From assembly GCA_965645245.1 (NCBI GenBank), contig OZ287085.1, positions 1 through 64,000 of the forward strand: a DNA stretch of 64,000 bases, written 5' to 3'. Position numbers and translations under genes: made by a program. Of this stretch, positions 38,355 through 51,950 are shown piece after piece (the stretch's first letter is position 1; every line of letters begins with the position of its first letter). Under the pieces are notes generated by a model. The model searched no databases and was not told the origin of the DNA. It saw nothing but the letters and a program-made list of their open reading frames with translations. The DNA comes from Massalongia carnosa (Eukaryota).

Positions 38355-41300
38355 TCGTATGAGTCGATCGCCGTCCCGTACCCTTTTCTCGTGTCCGCCG
38401 AGTGTCCGTGCCAGACGAGGCGTTTTACCAGGGCTGACCCTGGTGTGGAGGATAGGTAGGTGGAGGGAGGTTCATCGAATTGTATGGGTTCTGCCAATGA
38501 GGGCAAAAGTTAGCCAATCTTTCATCATCAAAACGTGACAGGGCATCTGCTAGTCCATTGGAAGTGCCACTGATCTATTGACAACGTAGTACGATGTCCC
38601 ACTTTGCAGCTATGGACAGTATTTCTCGTAGAGGCGCGTTGGCCGGTCCCTTGAGGGTTAGATTCGTGAATCCTGTGTATGCTGTGTTGCTGTCGGTAAA
38701 GACAAGGATCTGTCGATGTCGCCATGTCGGCGCCCATTTCTGAAGGATTAGAAGGATAGCCTCGAATTCTCGGACGTTTATGCTCGGTGATTCTTCCTGA
38801 TTGAGGACTAGGACTCGGGCCCTACATGCGTTTTTTTGATTCACGAGCTCGTTGTCTTGTTGAAAATAGCCTCCGAGACCCGTGAGACATGCATCCGTAT
38901 GCACCTTGATCGTGTCTCGTGTTGACGTCTCGAAGAAGACAATACCGTTGAAGTCCACTAAAAGTTTGTTCCACCAGATGAGATCCTGTCTGACCCATGT
39001 GGGGATTCTTCTTTTGACCCGACGATGACTGCCCGAGGGAAATGAGGCTATAAAATTCCAGAATAATCGTAAGAAGACTCGGCCCAATTTGACTGCCTGT
39101 GCGCAGAAGCTTAGGAAGCCCACTATTGACTGCATGTCGCCGAGGCTGATTGTCGTCTCGTTTAGTGCCTTTGTAGTGATGATTCTCGCTTTTCCAGCTT
39201 GTCCGCTGGCAGACCGATAAGACTGTTGATGGTGTCGACCTCGAGTCCGAAGACAGTCGCTGTCGTTCCCTCGGCGTCTTTTGAGTCGTTTCTCGGGATG
39301 CCGAGAATGTCGGTAAGAATGTTGTAGGCTTTTGTTTCTTGGTGCAATCGTTCTGACGATGTCTCGGATGGGAAAATTGCAACGAAGTCGTCTAGATAGT
39401 GATGTAATCTCCATTGTAGAAAGGATTCCAAAATCCAATGAAAGCCTTCCGCAAAAAGATTGAAGATGAACGGGGCCGTCGACAGTCCGAACGAAAGGCA
39501 TGTCTCGGTGTAGAATTCGTCATTCCATCCGAAAGCCAGAAGCCATTGATGATGAGGTGCAACGGGAACGTTTCGAAAGGCGTCTTTGACGTCTCTTTTC
39601 ACTATGACAGCACCTTTGCCCTCTGACAGAATCAATTGAATAATGTCGTCGAGTCTGGCGTATTGTAATTTGGATGCCTCTTCTGGAATGTTGTCGTTGA
39701 CTGATGTTTGATTGGGATGAGACAGATGATGAATGCGTCGCTATCCTCCGTCATGTTTCGGGACCAAGCCGAGGGGGGAGGCCACAAATGGCTGACTCGG
39801 GGCGGCTATTCGTCTGACTCGGCCCTTCCTGAGGTCCTCTTGAAGCTTATTCTCGATCGTTTCCGGGTCCTCATTCGCTGATGTCAGATTTTTTTCGATC
39901 CGAAGGATGTCTGTGGGGCCTTCGTATCCGAGTTGTACTCCGAAACGAAGGATCATGGGCAGATGGACTCGGAGGGGGCCCGGATACTCTTGAAGTAGGG
40001 TTGCCCATGCGGACGGTACGAGGGGAGATGGGCTGTCTTTCAAACGCTGACGAGATGCGTCTACGAGTTGAAACGAAGGGATTGTATTTGGTCTGATTGG
40101 TGCAGGTAAGCAGGGATGGGACGTCATGAATTCAGCTATTGAAGCTATTCTACTGCCTCCTGCACCAACCCCCTATTTCTTCGTTGGGCATGTCTTCTGG
40201 CCATGCCCAGCCGCGCCGCACGATTTGCATTTGTGCTGTCGGTAGCACGACGGCCAGGTGCAGGTGCCGCTGTTGTACTTGTCGCAGATTTCCCCCGCTG
40301 CCTTCTCGACCCTCTCGGCCCTGTCTCCTCTCGGGGTCGGTCGTCGGGACGGCGGGGATCGTGAGCGGCGACGGCGTAGGACTGTGAGGGGGGTGCAGAA
40401 TCGAGCTTGGAATTCGTCGGGCATTTTCCATTGGGATGCGTCGGATGGCTGAGACGCGATGATGTGGGTGTGGGTTTCGATGGCGAGGGGGAGGACTGCT
40501 TCCTGCCACTCGTACACCTTGGCCAGCGTGAGGATTTTTCCGTGGAATGCCGACATGGTGGCGTGAAGCTGTTGACTCGATTTCCCGAAAAGACTGACCA
40601 TGATCGAGGTGTAGTTGATGAAGCTCTCGGTCCAGACGTCATGAACTGTCTTTCCGAAATCTTTGTAGGTCCCAGATGCCTTTCTCAACCTCAATGCGCC
40701 GTCTTCGATGCCGATGCGGTCTTGATCCTTGTATGACTCGTATTGCATGCCGTGCATGTGTCGGAGGCGGGAGAGGTTGATGGCTTTGAATTTATTTGAA
40801 AAGATCTTGATGATCTCGTCCTGTGGTAGGCCCGCGAAACGGGGTGCTATGCTTCTTACTTCGAGAGGGATCTCACCTAGGTCCTCGTCGTCATCGCCGA
40901 CGACACGACTCGGCTTGCCAGCAGGAATGACGGCCGCTATTCGGGCGTCAGATTCTCGGCGCATGCAGTCGATTTCTAGCTGCATTTTTTCCACCTCCTT
41001 CTCGGCGACCAATGCCTTGGACTCGGCAATTCTAGCCTCAGCCTCGGCCGCCTTCGCTTCCGCCTCGGCTTTCTTCTTTTGTAGGGCGAAGATTTGGTTG
41101 GATTGGGCCTGCGTCAATCCGACAATCTCCTGGGGGTCGGGGACTATGTCGTCCATCAAGGTGCTTTGGGAACGGGTGTTCGTCATTGGGAGGTAGGGGC
41201 ACCGAGACAACGTGAGGTCGACGACGAGTCAGTGAGATTGGAAAAGCAGCAAGCACTGACAGCGAGGTAGGGGCACCGAGACAACGTGGGGTCGACGACG

Positions 41301-41415
41301 AGTCAGTGAGATGGATGAGGCCGAGTGAGAAGAAGTGAATGAGGAAAGAATTTTCAGAGGGTGATTCTTAATTTACTTTGACTCAGGGGCCTCACGTGAC
41401 ATAGAACCATCTCAT
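38355..41415 (-). mobile_element. Tyrosine-recombinase retrotransposon copy B, inverted, truncated inside the YR gene
   Basis: Reverse complement of 28752-29757 plus 35063-37122; open gag ORF at 40173-41210; carries the empty site for the Copia insertion. Confidence 0.92.
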
Positions 41416-44135
41416 CTATTGCATGATCATGAGATGCATGAGCGGGAAGCTTGTTTGCTTTCTCTTCAGAAAAGACATCGAGGAAGTCTTGATACTCCTC
41501 AGGAAGAATGACTTCAACAGTCGCACCGAGTACGGGACTATCACGGGTCACATCCGTTACTTCGATGGCAAAGAGATAAGCACCAACTTTTGTGATACAT
41601 TCATCAAACTCCTCTGCACTAAGTAATGCTATGTTTATAGATACAGGTTCGTCACGCGCATTATAATGTTCTTTCTTAGTAGAAGAACTCATCAAGATAT
41701 CTTCCGAAGTTAGACTTCTCTTGGTCTCATATACATTATTCGGGTTCACGAAAGAAGACTTCGATGACAACTGTACATTCTTTGCAACGATTGATGTCGC
41801 TGACTTCTTCTCTGGACTCACAGAGCGTCCGACTGAACTTCTACGGCTCCTAAGCGGAGCAGGTATGGGCAGTTGCTTTCTTCTTTTTGCCAAGGCTCTT
41901 TGCCTCACGAGCTTGTACCGCCCTTTAGGTAGCATGGGTCCATTCATTAAATGACTTCCACGTACCGGTGGCAACTCCGTGGGTCTATGAACCTGTATTT
42001 TTTGCAACGGTGGAAGTGGGATCGGTGGCGACGCAGGCCCTAGCCGATACCACCACTTCCGCTGACCCCGTGCTATCTCGGGATCTTCCCGTATTAGCAA
42101 TGGTAGGCCCAGAATAACATCGAATCCAGCGAAGTCTGCTGCGATGAAGTCCGCCTTGGTAACACGCTCATTCTCTATCGAGTCCACAACTTTGGCGTAC
42201 AAAGTATGAAGTTGATAGGTCTTGAGCGCAGTACCGTCAATGGTCCGAACCCCATGCGGAAGATCAATGCCAGGCTCACAACCCAACCTCTTAATTAGGA
42301 GCTGGGTGATAAAGTTCAAAGTTGCACCACAATCTATGAGACCTCTTACCGTCAACTTGAACTTACCGCATATCATAGTAACCGGCGTCACTATGTGGCT
42401 GACATTTTGCCCCCTAGCAGAACGGGTCAATAGAAGGGTTGCGATGTCTACTGGCCCCTGCCGTTTCCCTCCATCTTTGGATTATTGGGTTTGAGACAAG
42501 TCTTTGCCATGTGGTCGTAATCGCCGCAGTTATAGCACTTGATGGTACTGTCGTTGTTACCATTGTTGCCACGGCGTTCCCGCTGACGGCCCGGATCTGT
42601 CCTGTCACGATTGAAGGACCTCATAGGCTCCTTACCGTTTGATCCGTGTCGATTATACTTTCCTCCCTCGTTATATGTGCGACGGGAAGATACGGACCTC
42701 TTGCGACGCTGACCTTGATGGAAACCGTCCTTGTTCCTCTTGTCATGAGTAGGGGTTTGATGAAAGCCAGATCGTTAATCATTCCCCGAGTCCGATTTCC
42801 AGACGTTCCATCCAGATGTGGCGTCGCTATCCCGTGTGGGTCGCGATGGTGCCTCTCTTCGGCCATTCGCCTTGGTACGGTTATAGTTGTTGTCAATGGC
42901 CTCGAGCTTCTGAGCTAAGGGTTCAAGGAGTTCCCGGGTGGTTACCGAAGAATTGTGCTTGATTATTTCTTCCCGGAGGGTAGGCTTCAGAGCTCCTAGG
43001 AGTGTGTTCATTCTCATGGATGACTTTTGTGAGGGTAGGATGTCTTCTATGCTCCTGATGTACGCGATCAGCTGGGCGACGGTTTGTCCTTCCCGTTGTC
43101 GTACTGAGCGGTACTTCAAGAATCCGTCATGAATTCGGAGGTGTGGCGGCCATACGTCGTCTCTCAACCAGGTAACGTATGTTTCCCAGGTAATATTATC
43201 GAGACCTACCGCTTCCTCGTGGGTCTGCCACTTGATAACGACGTCTCCGCGCTTGAAGGCTTTGGCGAAAAGGATCTGTCCCTTGGCCGTATCATATGTT
43301 GCAGGCTTTTGCTGAAAAGCCTGGAGACACTGGGCTATAAAGATGACACATTTAGCATACGTCTCAGCTGTGTACAGATCTACCTCGACGACGTTCAGCC
43401 GAGCCTCAACCTTTCGATTGTTCTCCAGCTTCTTCTCGAGTATCTCTTCGCTGGACGGCAACCTGCTGCTGCGGCGCCAATGAGACAATGTCATTGGACT
43501 GGTATCAGCGAGAGGAAAACCGTCCTGTTCTTCTTGCTCCATGAGGGCAAGCTGTCGGCTAAGGTGAGCCTCAGCTTTCTTTGCCATGATGGTATCTATA
43601 CGCGCTTGCATCTGCTCCTTGGTTAACGTTACCCCAGGAGAAGGAATGGTTAGGCTTGAGTCAGTTAAGCCCGACACGGTGCCGATGTCTGGCCCGATGT
43701 CCATCTGGCTGTCTACCACAATCCCTATACTAGGATGTTGGGCCTCTGGCTCCAGTTCAGACTCCGAGGGTTGGGCGCCTACGGAACGACTTCGGAGGGT
43801 GTAAGAGGTCATAATAGAGGATAAATGTCGTTGAGACGACAGGATAGGGTAGAGTTCCCACTGGACCACTCGTCGTAATGGATCTTACAATATGTGAGAG
43901 TGACTCTGGACTAGGAGTAGTGTAGTGGGTTAAGAGTAGAAAAATTTAGTACGGAGTAGTTAAATTGTAAGATGATCTATCTAGGTGGGCCTAACACCAC
44001 ATTATATAGATCAGTGGGAATAGTCGAGGTCGAGTTTTCTTCAGTACTCTGCCAACTATGCCAACTAAGGGCGGACGTTCCTCCGTGGGCTCAGACCTTC
44101 TGTCCCGTCCCATTAGTCATCGCTTGACCTGACTA
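41416..44135 (-). mobile_element. Ty3/Gypsy 5' half (split 5' LTR, gag, protease, start of RT); the LTR continues at 52452-52521
   Basis: gag ~42450-43812 with knuckle CYNCGDYDHMAKTC; slippery GGGAAAC at 42463-42469; protease LIDCGAT; EEYQDFLDVFSEEKANKLP. LTR end ...CTCTCACA at 43893, LTR start TGTTACA at 52521. Confidence 0.85.
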
Positions 44136-44280
44136 CAGAGGCGAATCTCAAAAGTAATGATAATACGCTAAAAGCTAGTGCGGTAATTTAAATTTTCCGT
44201 ACCGAGCAAATTTTCCCCTTTTCTTTCCCCTTTTCTCATCCCAAATCATTTACGAACCAACATTTGATCAAATCATCATC

Positions 44281-45719
44281 ATGGTCAATAAATCAGCTGA
44301 TATTTCTTTGCGGGCTCTGGTCTTGACGTTGTCTTGTTGCACCCCGGCCTCAATTGAATTTATTGCAGCTACTACAGGTTATTCTGTCCCCAACATTTAT
44401 CGTATTCGTCGCATTGCCAGGGATCGAGGATTTGATCAAGCCATTTCTTTGCAGGTGCTTGATAAATACGCCCGTCATGAAGAAAAATCTGGTCGACCGA
44501 GAAAGGCTACTACTGAGAAAGAAGTCATTAATCTAGTCATAAAAGACAGATACGCCCGTGAAAAAACCAGTGCCCAGTTGGCAAGAGAAGTTGGACTGTC
44601 CAGATGCACCGTGTGGAGAATCCTGAAACAAAGAGGCTATAAAAAAGTCAAACCGTCGTATAGACCAGGGCTTACTCCTGAAATGAAAGCGGCTAGACTG
44701 GCTTTTTGTCTCCTGTATAAAGACTGGACCGTGGAGGATTGGAAGCGGGTTATTTGGTCAGATGAATCAGCAATAGTGCTTGGTCACCGTCGCGGAGCTG
44801 TCAAAATTTGGCGTACAACCAAGGAAGGAAGAAGACCAGTCAAATCCACCGTACGTGCTAGGTGGCATGGGGCTCATGAATTCATGTTTTGGGGATGCTT
44901 TTCCTACGATTGGAAGGGGCCATGTCATTGCTGGAAACCGGAGACAAAAGCGGAAAAAGCGGAAGCCAAAACCAAGCTTGACGAGATGAATGCTGCATTG
45001 GAAGCCAGTGAGAGATTAAATTGGGAGCTGACCAATGGAATGAGACGTCTTTCAACTCGCAATTTACCAGGAAAAAAGCCGCAATGGAAATGGGATAAGG
45101 AACATGGAAAGATGATCAGAAAAGAAGGTAAAGGCGGCATTGATTGGTGGCGGTATCAAAACGTCATACTTCTGCCAAAACTGATTCCTTTTGCTCAGCA
45201 ATGCAATGCAAAAAGAAGAGAAGCCGGATTGTCTGAAATGATCGTACAGGAAGATAAGGCTCCGTCTCATGCTTCCAAGCATCAGATTCCCATCTTCTCT
45301 CGTCATGGCATCGAGCGTCTTTTATGGCCCGGAAATTCTCCTGATCTCAACATGATTGAACCCTGCTGGCCCTGGATGAAGCGACGTACACAGCCAAAGG
45401 TCCTCCTAGTTCTCGGTTAATTGCTGAATCTATGTGGCATCGCACTTGGGACGATCTACCTCAGGAGAATATTCAGGCATGGATTGAAAGAATTCCACGT
45501 CACATTGCAAAAGTCATTGAATTGGAAGGTGGAAATGAGTATTGCGAAGGACGTTTGGACGTTGATGGACGGACCAAAGAAGGAAAAATGCGACTTCAAC
45601 AGCTGAGGGAAGAATTGCTCAGTAATACAGCAAAACCAGCTTCTTCTTCTTCTTCTTCTTCTGTGGCGTCAACGAGACCATCATCTAGACAATCAAATGA
45701 TGATACACCCAGCCCGTTG
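44281..45719 (+). pseudogene. Tc1 DD34E transposase, frameshifted near 45400, C-terminus hit by Copia
   Basis: KSGRPRK HTH, WKRVIWSDES, QEDKAPSH, WPGNSPDLNMIE. Confidence 0.9.
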
Positions 45720-48700
45720 TGTTAGAATGTACAAATCAGGTTACTTCATTTCAGCCGCACTCACCTTCTACCGCACGAGTATGGCGCACGCTAATGGCTA
45801 GACGTATCGCTAGTCTAATACTAGCATACCGTACATTGTCTATAAATCTAGCTATTCCCACTATATAGAACAATAGCAAGCGTTCTATCCTCTATCTACT
45901 ATACTACCTTTTGATAGGTTATGAGCCCGGCCGCAGGGCGCCTCTTTACATGTGTTTGCTTGTCTTACTTTACCTACCCTAACACAAGCCTCCTTACCGT
46001 CGCAAACAATTACCGTCGCGAATAATCTCCTACAAAAAAATCCGACACAAATCGACACATATGAAACAGTCGGCAGTGTTTGAGATGGCTAAGCACTACT
46101 ATCGGGCGCCCGGCTTCTTCTTTGCCCCTTACTAAACGAACGCTAACAAATATTTTAACAGGCACCTCCTTGCACTTCGTTTCGATGTCTCGGATGATCT
46201 ACATTCCCCACAAAAAACCGGGAATGTGACATCCAGATGTCTCGGATGATCTACGTTCCCAATAAAAAACCGGGAATGTGACATCCACTTCACTTTGATG
46301 TCTCGGATGATCTACATTCCCAACAAAAAATCGGAAATGTGACATCCAGGTGTCTCGGATGATCTACATTTCCAATAAAAAACCGGAAATGTGACATTCA
46401 CTTCGATGTCTCGGATGATCTACATTCCCAACAAAAAACCGGGAATGTGACATCCAGATGTCTCGGATGATCTACGTTCCCAACAAAAAACCGGGAATGT
46501 GACATCCATTGGGATGAAACCAAATCTCCCTGTAATCGATTTTGCCCTCTATTTATAGTCAGCATCTGCGTATCAGTTATAAGACTGCAGGATTATGGCT
46601 TCGAGCAACAAAAAACGCTCTCGATTTATCAACCCCAAAGGCACAACTAAACGCCTCAAATCTATCTTTGCACCTGCATCTGCTTCTGCGTTTAGATCTA
46701 TTATATCAATCACTGCCCCATTCCTACGTGGCACTCTTGCCGAGATCCAATGACTCTCAGAGCCTCAACCAAATAATAGGCCGGCAACAAGGCTTGAACG
46801 GGATTCACAACATACATTACAGGCGGCTAGTGCGGAAATCGTTGCTTTCTCTTAGAGGATAACTCAGATCAATCAAAATTGGATTGCTTTGTACCATCAT
46901 CCCTGAGCCTCCAGTCACTCCCGGTCAGTCCACATCAAAATCGGACCTAGAACCGCCCAGCGACTGTGATCCTTTCGATCTAAGAGCCAGAACCAAGTCA
47001 CCAAGCACTTATAATAGCACTCCGTCGGAATCCGGTAAAACCAAACACCAGTTCAAGCCAGTCCGTTAACAAGGACAATCCATTAAGCTCTTCCAATAAA
47101 CCCTTTCCATCATGAGTGAAAAAATCTCTGGATCGGGGTCCTATAGCGCTATTGATAGGATCCCTAAGCTAGTGGACCACGAGGGTTATCCAGCATGGAA
47201 GCGAGCCATGCGAGATTGCCTCAAAATGATAGATCTTTGGATCTATTGTGATAACACCGAAGCTGCACCACGCCCAAACGCTCCCAATGATGGCTTCAAC
47301 AAATGGAAAAAAGGCCAAGATAAGGCCTGCACTGCTCTACGATTAGCTTGTGAAGGAAATGCCTACACCGATATAGAAGACCATACTACTGCTTCCGTCG
47401 CCTGGGACCTGCTTGAGTCAAACTATAAGCCTTGCGGTTCGGGATTCCTCAATGACACCTTTAGAAAATTAGACAACCTTATCCTATCGGATTGCAGCAG
47501 CCCTGCAGACTACGTTACCCAATTTCGCGCCACGGTGAATAAACTTCGCACCTTCTCAAGCAAGCTAAGCCTGGACGAAAACTGGCTTATCTATCGCTTC
47601 CATACCAATTTAGGCTTCGAATACAACAGCTATTTCGAACGATACGCTCAGGATCATGATCCTTTCAATGAAATGGGTGAACCCAGGCACACGTTAAGTC
47701 AGGCTATGCAGCATTTCCAAAACACGGTGACCAACCCAAGCAAGTCCAGCGATAAGGCCGTAATCGCAATGGCAGCTGTTTCAAACGCTCAAACCCAAGC
47801 AGGAGCTCAACCCGGAACAGCCCATTCTCGAATCATCACCAAGACCATCAAGTTCTGCAACCACTGCCGAAAAGACTATCACGTAGAGAGCGAGTGTCGT
47901 GAAAAATATCCACACCTCGTTAACCAAGACTCACAGCGTAAGTCCAATAAGCGTCGCAGGAATTCCAAAAGTCAAGGTCAAAGCCAAAAGCCAACCGGAA
48001 ACAATGACTCAACCAAAGGAGCCTTCTGCGCCTACATGGCCACCGCAGATATAACCAAAATATCTAAGCTCTGGATCTGTGACTCTGGAACTAGCCAACA
48101 TATTACCCACGATCGCTCCATCTTCACCTCATTCAAGACATCCGATTGCCCTCCAATTCAAGGTATTGGAGGAGTATTAATTCCCAAAGGAATAGGTAAC
48201 GTCATGTTGCGGTGTGCCGGTAACGAGGGTCTTCGGGAGTTCCCTCTTTTCGATGTGTTATACGTTCCGGACGGAGGCCTAAATCTCATCTCCCAAGGAC
48301 AATTACAACGAGATGGATGTCCCCTGAAGATTGTACCAGAGGGAATTGAAATCGGGAACTATGGTATTATCGCTCGCCGCCAGGACAACAATCTGTATAT
48401 CCTGAATATGTGGAACGTCTCTGAAGCCGCTCTCGCTCTTGCTGCAATTAATAGCGAGGCGATAAAAATGTGGCACGCTCGTTTAGGCCATCTTGGAAAT
48501 CAAAACATTCTCAAGCTCGCTGGCATGTCAAAAGGAATGGACCTCACCAAGCCCCCGCCCCAAGACGCCTGTCCTCCGTGCGCCATCGCTCAGTCCCAAG
48601 TAGAACCACACCGGGCCCCCATCCAACCAGGCAAGCACCCGCTGGACTTAATTCACAGTGATGTCCAAGGACCTTTCCCAGAAGCCTTGAACGGCGCCAA

Positions 48701-51666
48701 ATATATGGTGACCTTTCTTTGCGATTTCGATAAACGGTCCCACGTCACCTTACTGCGCGTCAAAAGCGGAGTCCTTCAAGCTTTTAAAAACTACAAGAAG
48801 CAAAATGAATATGGGGACAAACGAATTAAGCGCTTGCGATCGGACTGTGGGGGTGAGTATGACTCCAAGGACTTCGAGAATTTCAGAAACGAGCATGGCA
48901 TTCAGTGGGAACCTACCGTACCGGGAAATCCACCCATGAACGGGACAGCCGAGCGCCTAGGTCAAACGCTTCACAAGTTAGCCAGCACCATGCGAGAAGG
49001 CGCTAAACTAGACATCAAATATTGGGCTGAGATGGTTCTCACTGCCAACTACCTAAGAAATCGACAACCAACTGCGGGACGCTCCATCACCCCCTACGAG
49101 TCTCACACCGGCAGCCCACCAGAACTAGGACATCTAAGGATAATAGGACAGACTGGCTATGCGCAAAATCGCAAGCCCTCCACCGGATGGAAGAAATTTC
49201 AGGAACGAGCCACCAAATGTACTTTAGTAGGATACGAAGGCGGTCACATCTATCGAATGATAAATCCACGGGGCGCGGTCATGCGTTATTCCAATGTTCA
49301 GTGGATAGATAACAACCCCCCAACTCCTCCTTCCTTATCATTCTCTCAAACTAAAAGAGCCCTACATGTTGGACAGTCAGGACCGCCCACAAGAAAGCAA
49401 AAAATTACCCATCATACGGACTCCCCTCATACGGACTTAGTTGACGCTCATGAATCCATAGAATCAATTCCCACTGGACCTCTCCCATCAAACGCTGGAA
49501 AAGAGGCATTGGCAAACCAACTGCCCATTGAGCCTTGGTCCCAGGCAGATATTCTCTCTAAGCATCCAAAACTTCGCGCCCCCTCGCCTGACCCGCTTGC
49601 TCTTTTGGCTCTTCTTGCTCGAGCCAATGACCCGGAGCCATACGAGCCTAAAACCTATAAACAGGCCGTAGATAGTCGGGAGGAAAAGGATTGGCGAAGG
49701 GCAATGCAGGAAGAAATTGACTCTATCAACGAAAATGATACCTGGATCCTCACCTCCCTGCCCCCGGACCGCAAAGCCCTGCGAGGCAAATGGGTTTATA
49801 AAATCAAACGAGGTCCGGCTGGCGAGATTCTTCGTTACAAGGCTCGATGGGTAGTCAGAGGCTTTGAGCAACGTGAAGGCATTGACTACAATGAGACTTT
49901 TGCTTCAGTAGTGAAGCCAATGAGCTATAAAGCCATCTTCGCTATCGCTGCAGCCAATGATTGGGAAATCCACCAAATGGACGTAAAAACAGCCTTCTTG
50001 TACGGAAGGGTGGACGAGGAAATCTACGTGGAGCAACCAACCGGTCTGGATGACGGGTCAACGAGAGTTTGCAAGTTGAAGAAAGCTCTTTATAGGCCTG
50101 AAACAGTCGTCTAGAATCTGGTATGAAACGATCACTACTTTTTTCAAGTCTCATGAATTCGTTCCAGTCAACGCCGACCTTAGCGTTTTCGTTAAAGAAG
50201 GGGTTATCGTAGCCATTTACGTCGATGATTTAATCATCACTGGCTCTTCTTCTTCCGAGATACAACGTGTCAAGAAACTGCTGAGTGACGAGTTCTCGAT
50301 GGTTGATTTAGGCCCTATCAATTACTACCTGGGCATGACGATAACTCGGGATCGGGCTAATAGGATTCTTCGCCTTGGTCAGCAGGCCTATCTGGAAAAA
50401 GTACTACGCGACCATGGCATGTGGGACACTAACCCCGTGGCTACCCCGATGGATGGGCGACTGGAGGCTGCACCAGAGGGCCATCAGGCCACAGATGACT
50501 CTCGCCTCCGCTACCAATCAGCGGTGGGCTCTCTCATGTATGCTATGCTAGGCACTAGGCCTGACTTAGCCTACGCCGTATCGGTGGTCAGCCGCTATGC
50601 CTCGAACCCGACCGATACGCACTGGAAGGCAGTCAAACGCATCTTTCGATACATCAAGGGCACTCTACCGTTGCAGTTAACATACAAAGGTCACTTACAA
50701 CCCTTGAACGGTTACACTGACGCGGATTGGGCCGGAGATCATCATACCCGAAGGTCTACCTCAGGCTTCGTGTTTAATGTGGGTAGTGGCGCTATTAGCT
50801 GGTCTTCCAAACGACAACCGACCGTAGCCCTATCTTCATGCGAAGCCGAGTACATGGGTCAGACTCAAGCCACCAAGGAAGCCGTCTGGCTGTCTAGTCT
50901 TCTCGACCAACACCTCAAGTCCCTGGGATACACTCTCTCCAAACCCAGAGCACCTCTGTAGCCCTTGCCTGCTTGCCTACATCTTTCGCCCTAAATGCTA
51001 TCATCATTCACTGCGACAATCAAGGAGCAATAGCTTTGGCCAAAAATCCCCAGGCACACGCGCGGAGCAAGCATATTGACATCCAATGGCACTACTAAAG
51101 AGAGAAGATCGAAGACAAATCAGTGGAATTTCGCTATGTTCCTACCGAAGAACAGGTAGCTGACGGCCTAACCAAGGCCCTACCAAAGGACAAATTTGTT
51201 GTCTTTCGAAAAGCTTTAGGCTTAGAATAAACCAGAAGCCCTTTGTCGTAAAAAATTCGACCTTAACCCAAAAAAAAAAAAAAAAAAGTATCACCCACAG
51301 CTGAGCCTGTGGGGGTGTTTTCGTACATCGCCAGCAGCATTAGCCTGCGGAGTACACTGACTCACCTGCAGGTGATCCACTGGGAAGCATGATATTATAC
51401 TGGAGTATGTGGGAGTTATTGAATTTCTCTTTATCATGTGGGAGTGCTATTTCAGTGCCTGAGTGGGAGTGTTAGAATGTACAAATCAGGTTACTTCATT
51501 TCAGCCGCACTCACCTTCTACCGCACGAGTATGGCGCACGCTAATGGCTAGACGTATCGCTAGTCTAATACTAGCATACCGTACATTGTCTATAAATCTA
51601 GCTATTCCCACTATATAGAACAATAGCAAGCGTTCTATCCTCTATCTACTATACTACCTTTTGATA
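45720..51666 (+). mobile_element. Ty1/Copia LTR retrotransposon 2, full length
   Basis: Apparently identical 197-bp LTRs (45720-45916, 51470-51666); TSD CGTTG; PBS GGTTATGAGCCC; gag-pol 47112-~51230 (CCHC, WICDSG, integrase, YVDD, RNase H) with frameshifts near 50095 and ~50910 and a stop at ~51096. Confidence 0.96.
46184..46508 (+). repeat. Six tandem ~52-61-bp hairpin-forming units in the Copia 2 leader
   Basis: Units start at 46184, 46236, 46297, 46349, 46405 and 46457: GATGTC-TCGGATGATCT-ACATTCCC-(A-rich)-GGGAATGT-GACATC. Confidence 0.9.
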
Positions 51667-51950
51667 CGTTGAATGTCAGGGCAGTTACCCCTGAGCCCCC
51701 TCACAGAAGCCATTGACACCCCCCTTATTGAGAAAAAGAGCCGTTTTATCTCCGAAAAATCACCTTCCCCCACGCATTCAAAAGGTGGTTCGTACTGCAG
51801 CCAGGTTCAGACCAAAAAGACGTTGATTAGATGGTTGGTAATGGCATTTGTAGATAGTTGGTAGAATTTCAGGCTCGGTATGGAAAATCAAAATTACGGC
51901 GCTAGTCTTTAGCGTATTATCATTACTTTTGAGATTCGCCTCCGTATAGT

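Larger units (their letters stand above)
44136..51944 (+). mobile_element. Tc1-like DNA transposon carrying a nested Copia element
   Basis: TIRs C[AG]GAGGCGAATCTCAAAAGTAATGATAATACGCTAAA at both ends; TA TSD at 44134-35 and 51945-46. Confidence 0.93.

Noticed and set aside
46184..46508. Hairpin repeats as a CRISPR array or hammerhead ribozymes
   Set aside because: No unique spacers, and no CUGANGA...GAAA core in the required arrangement.
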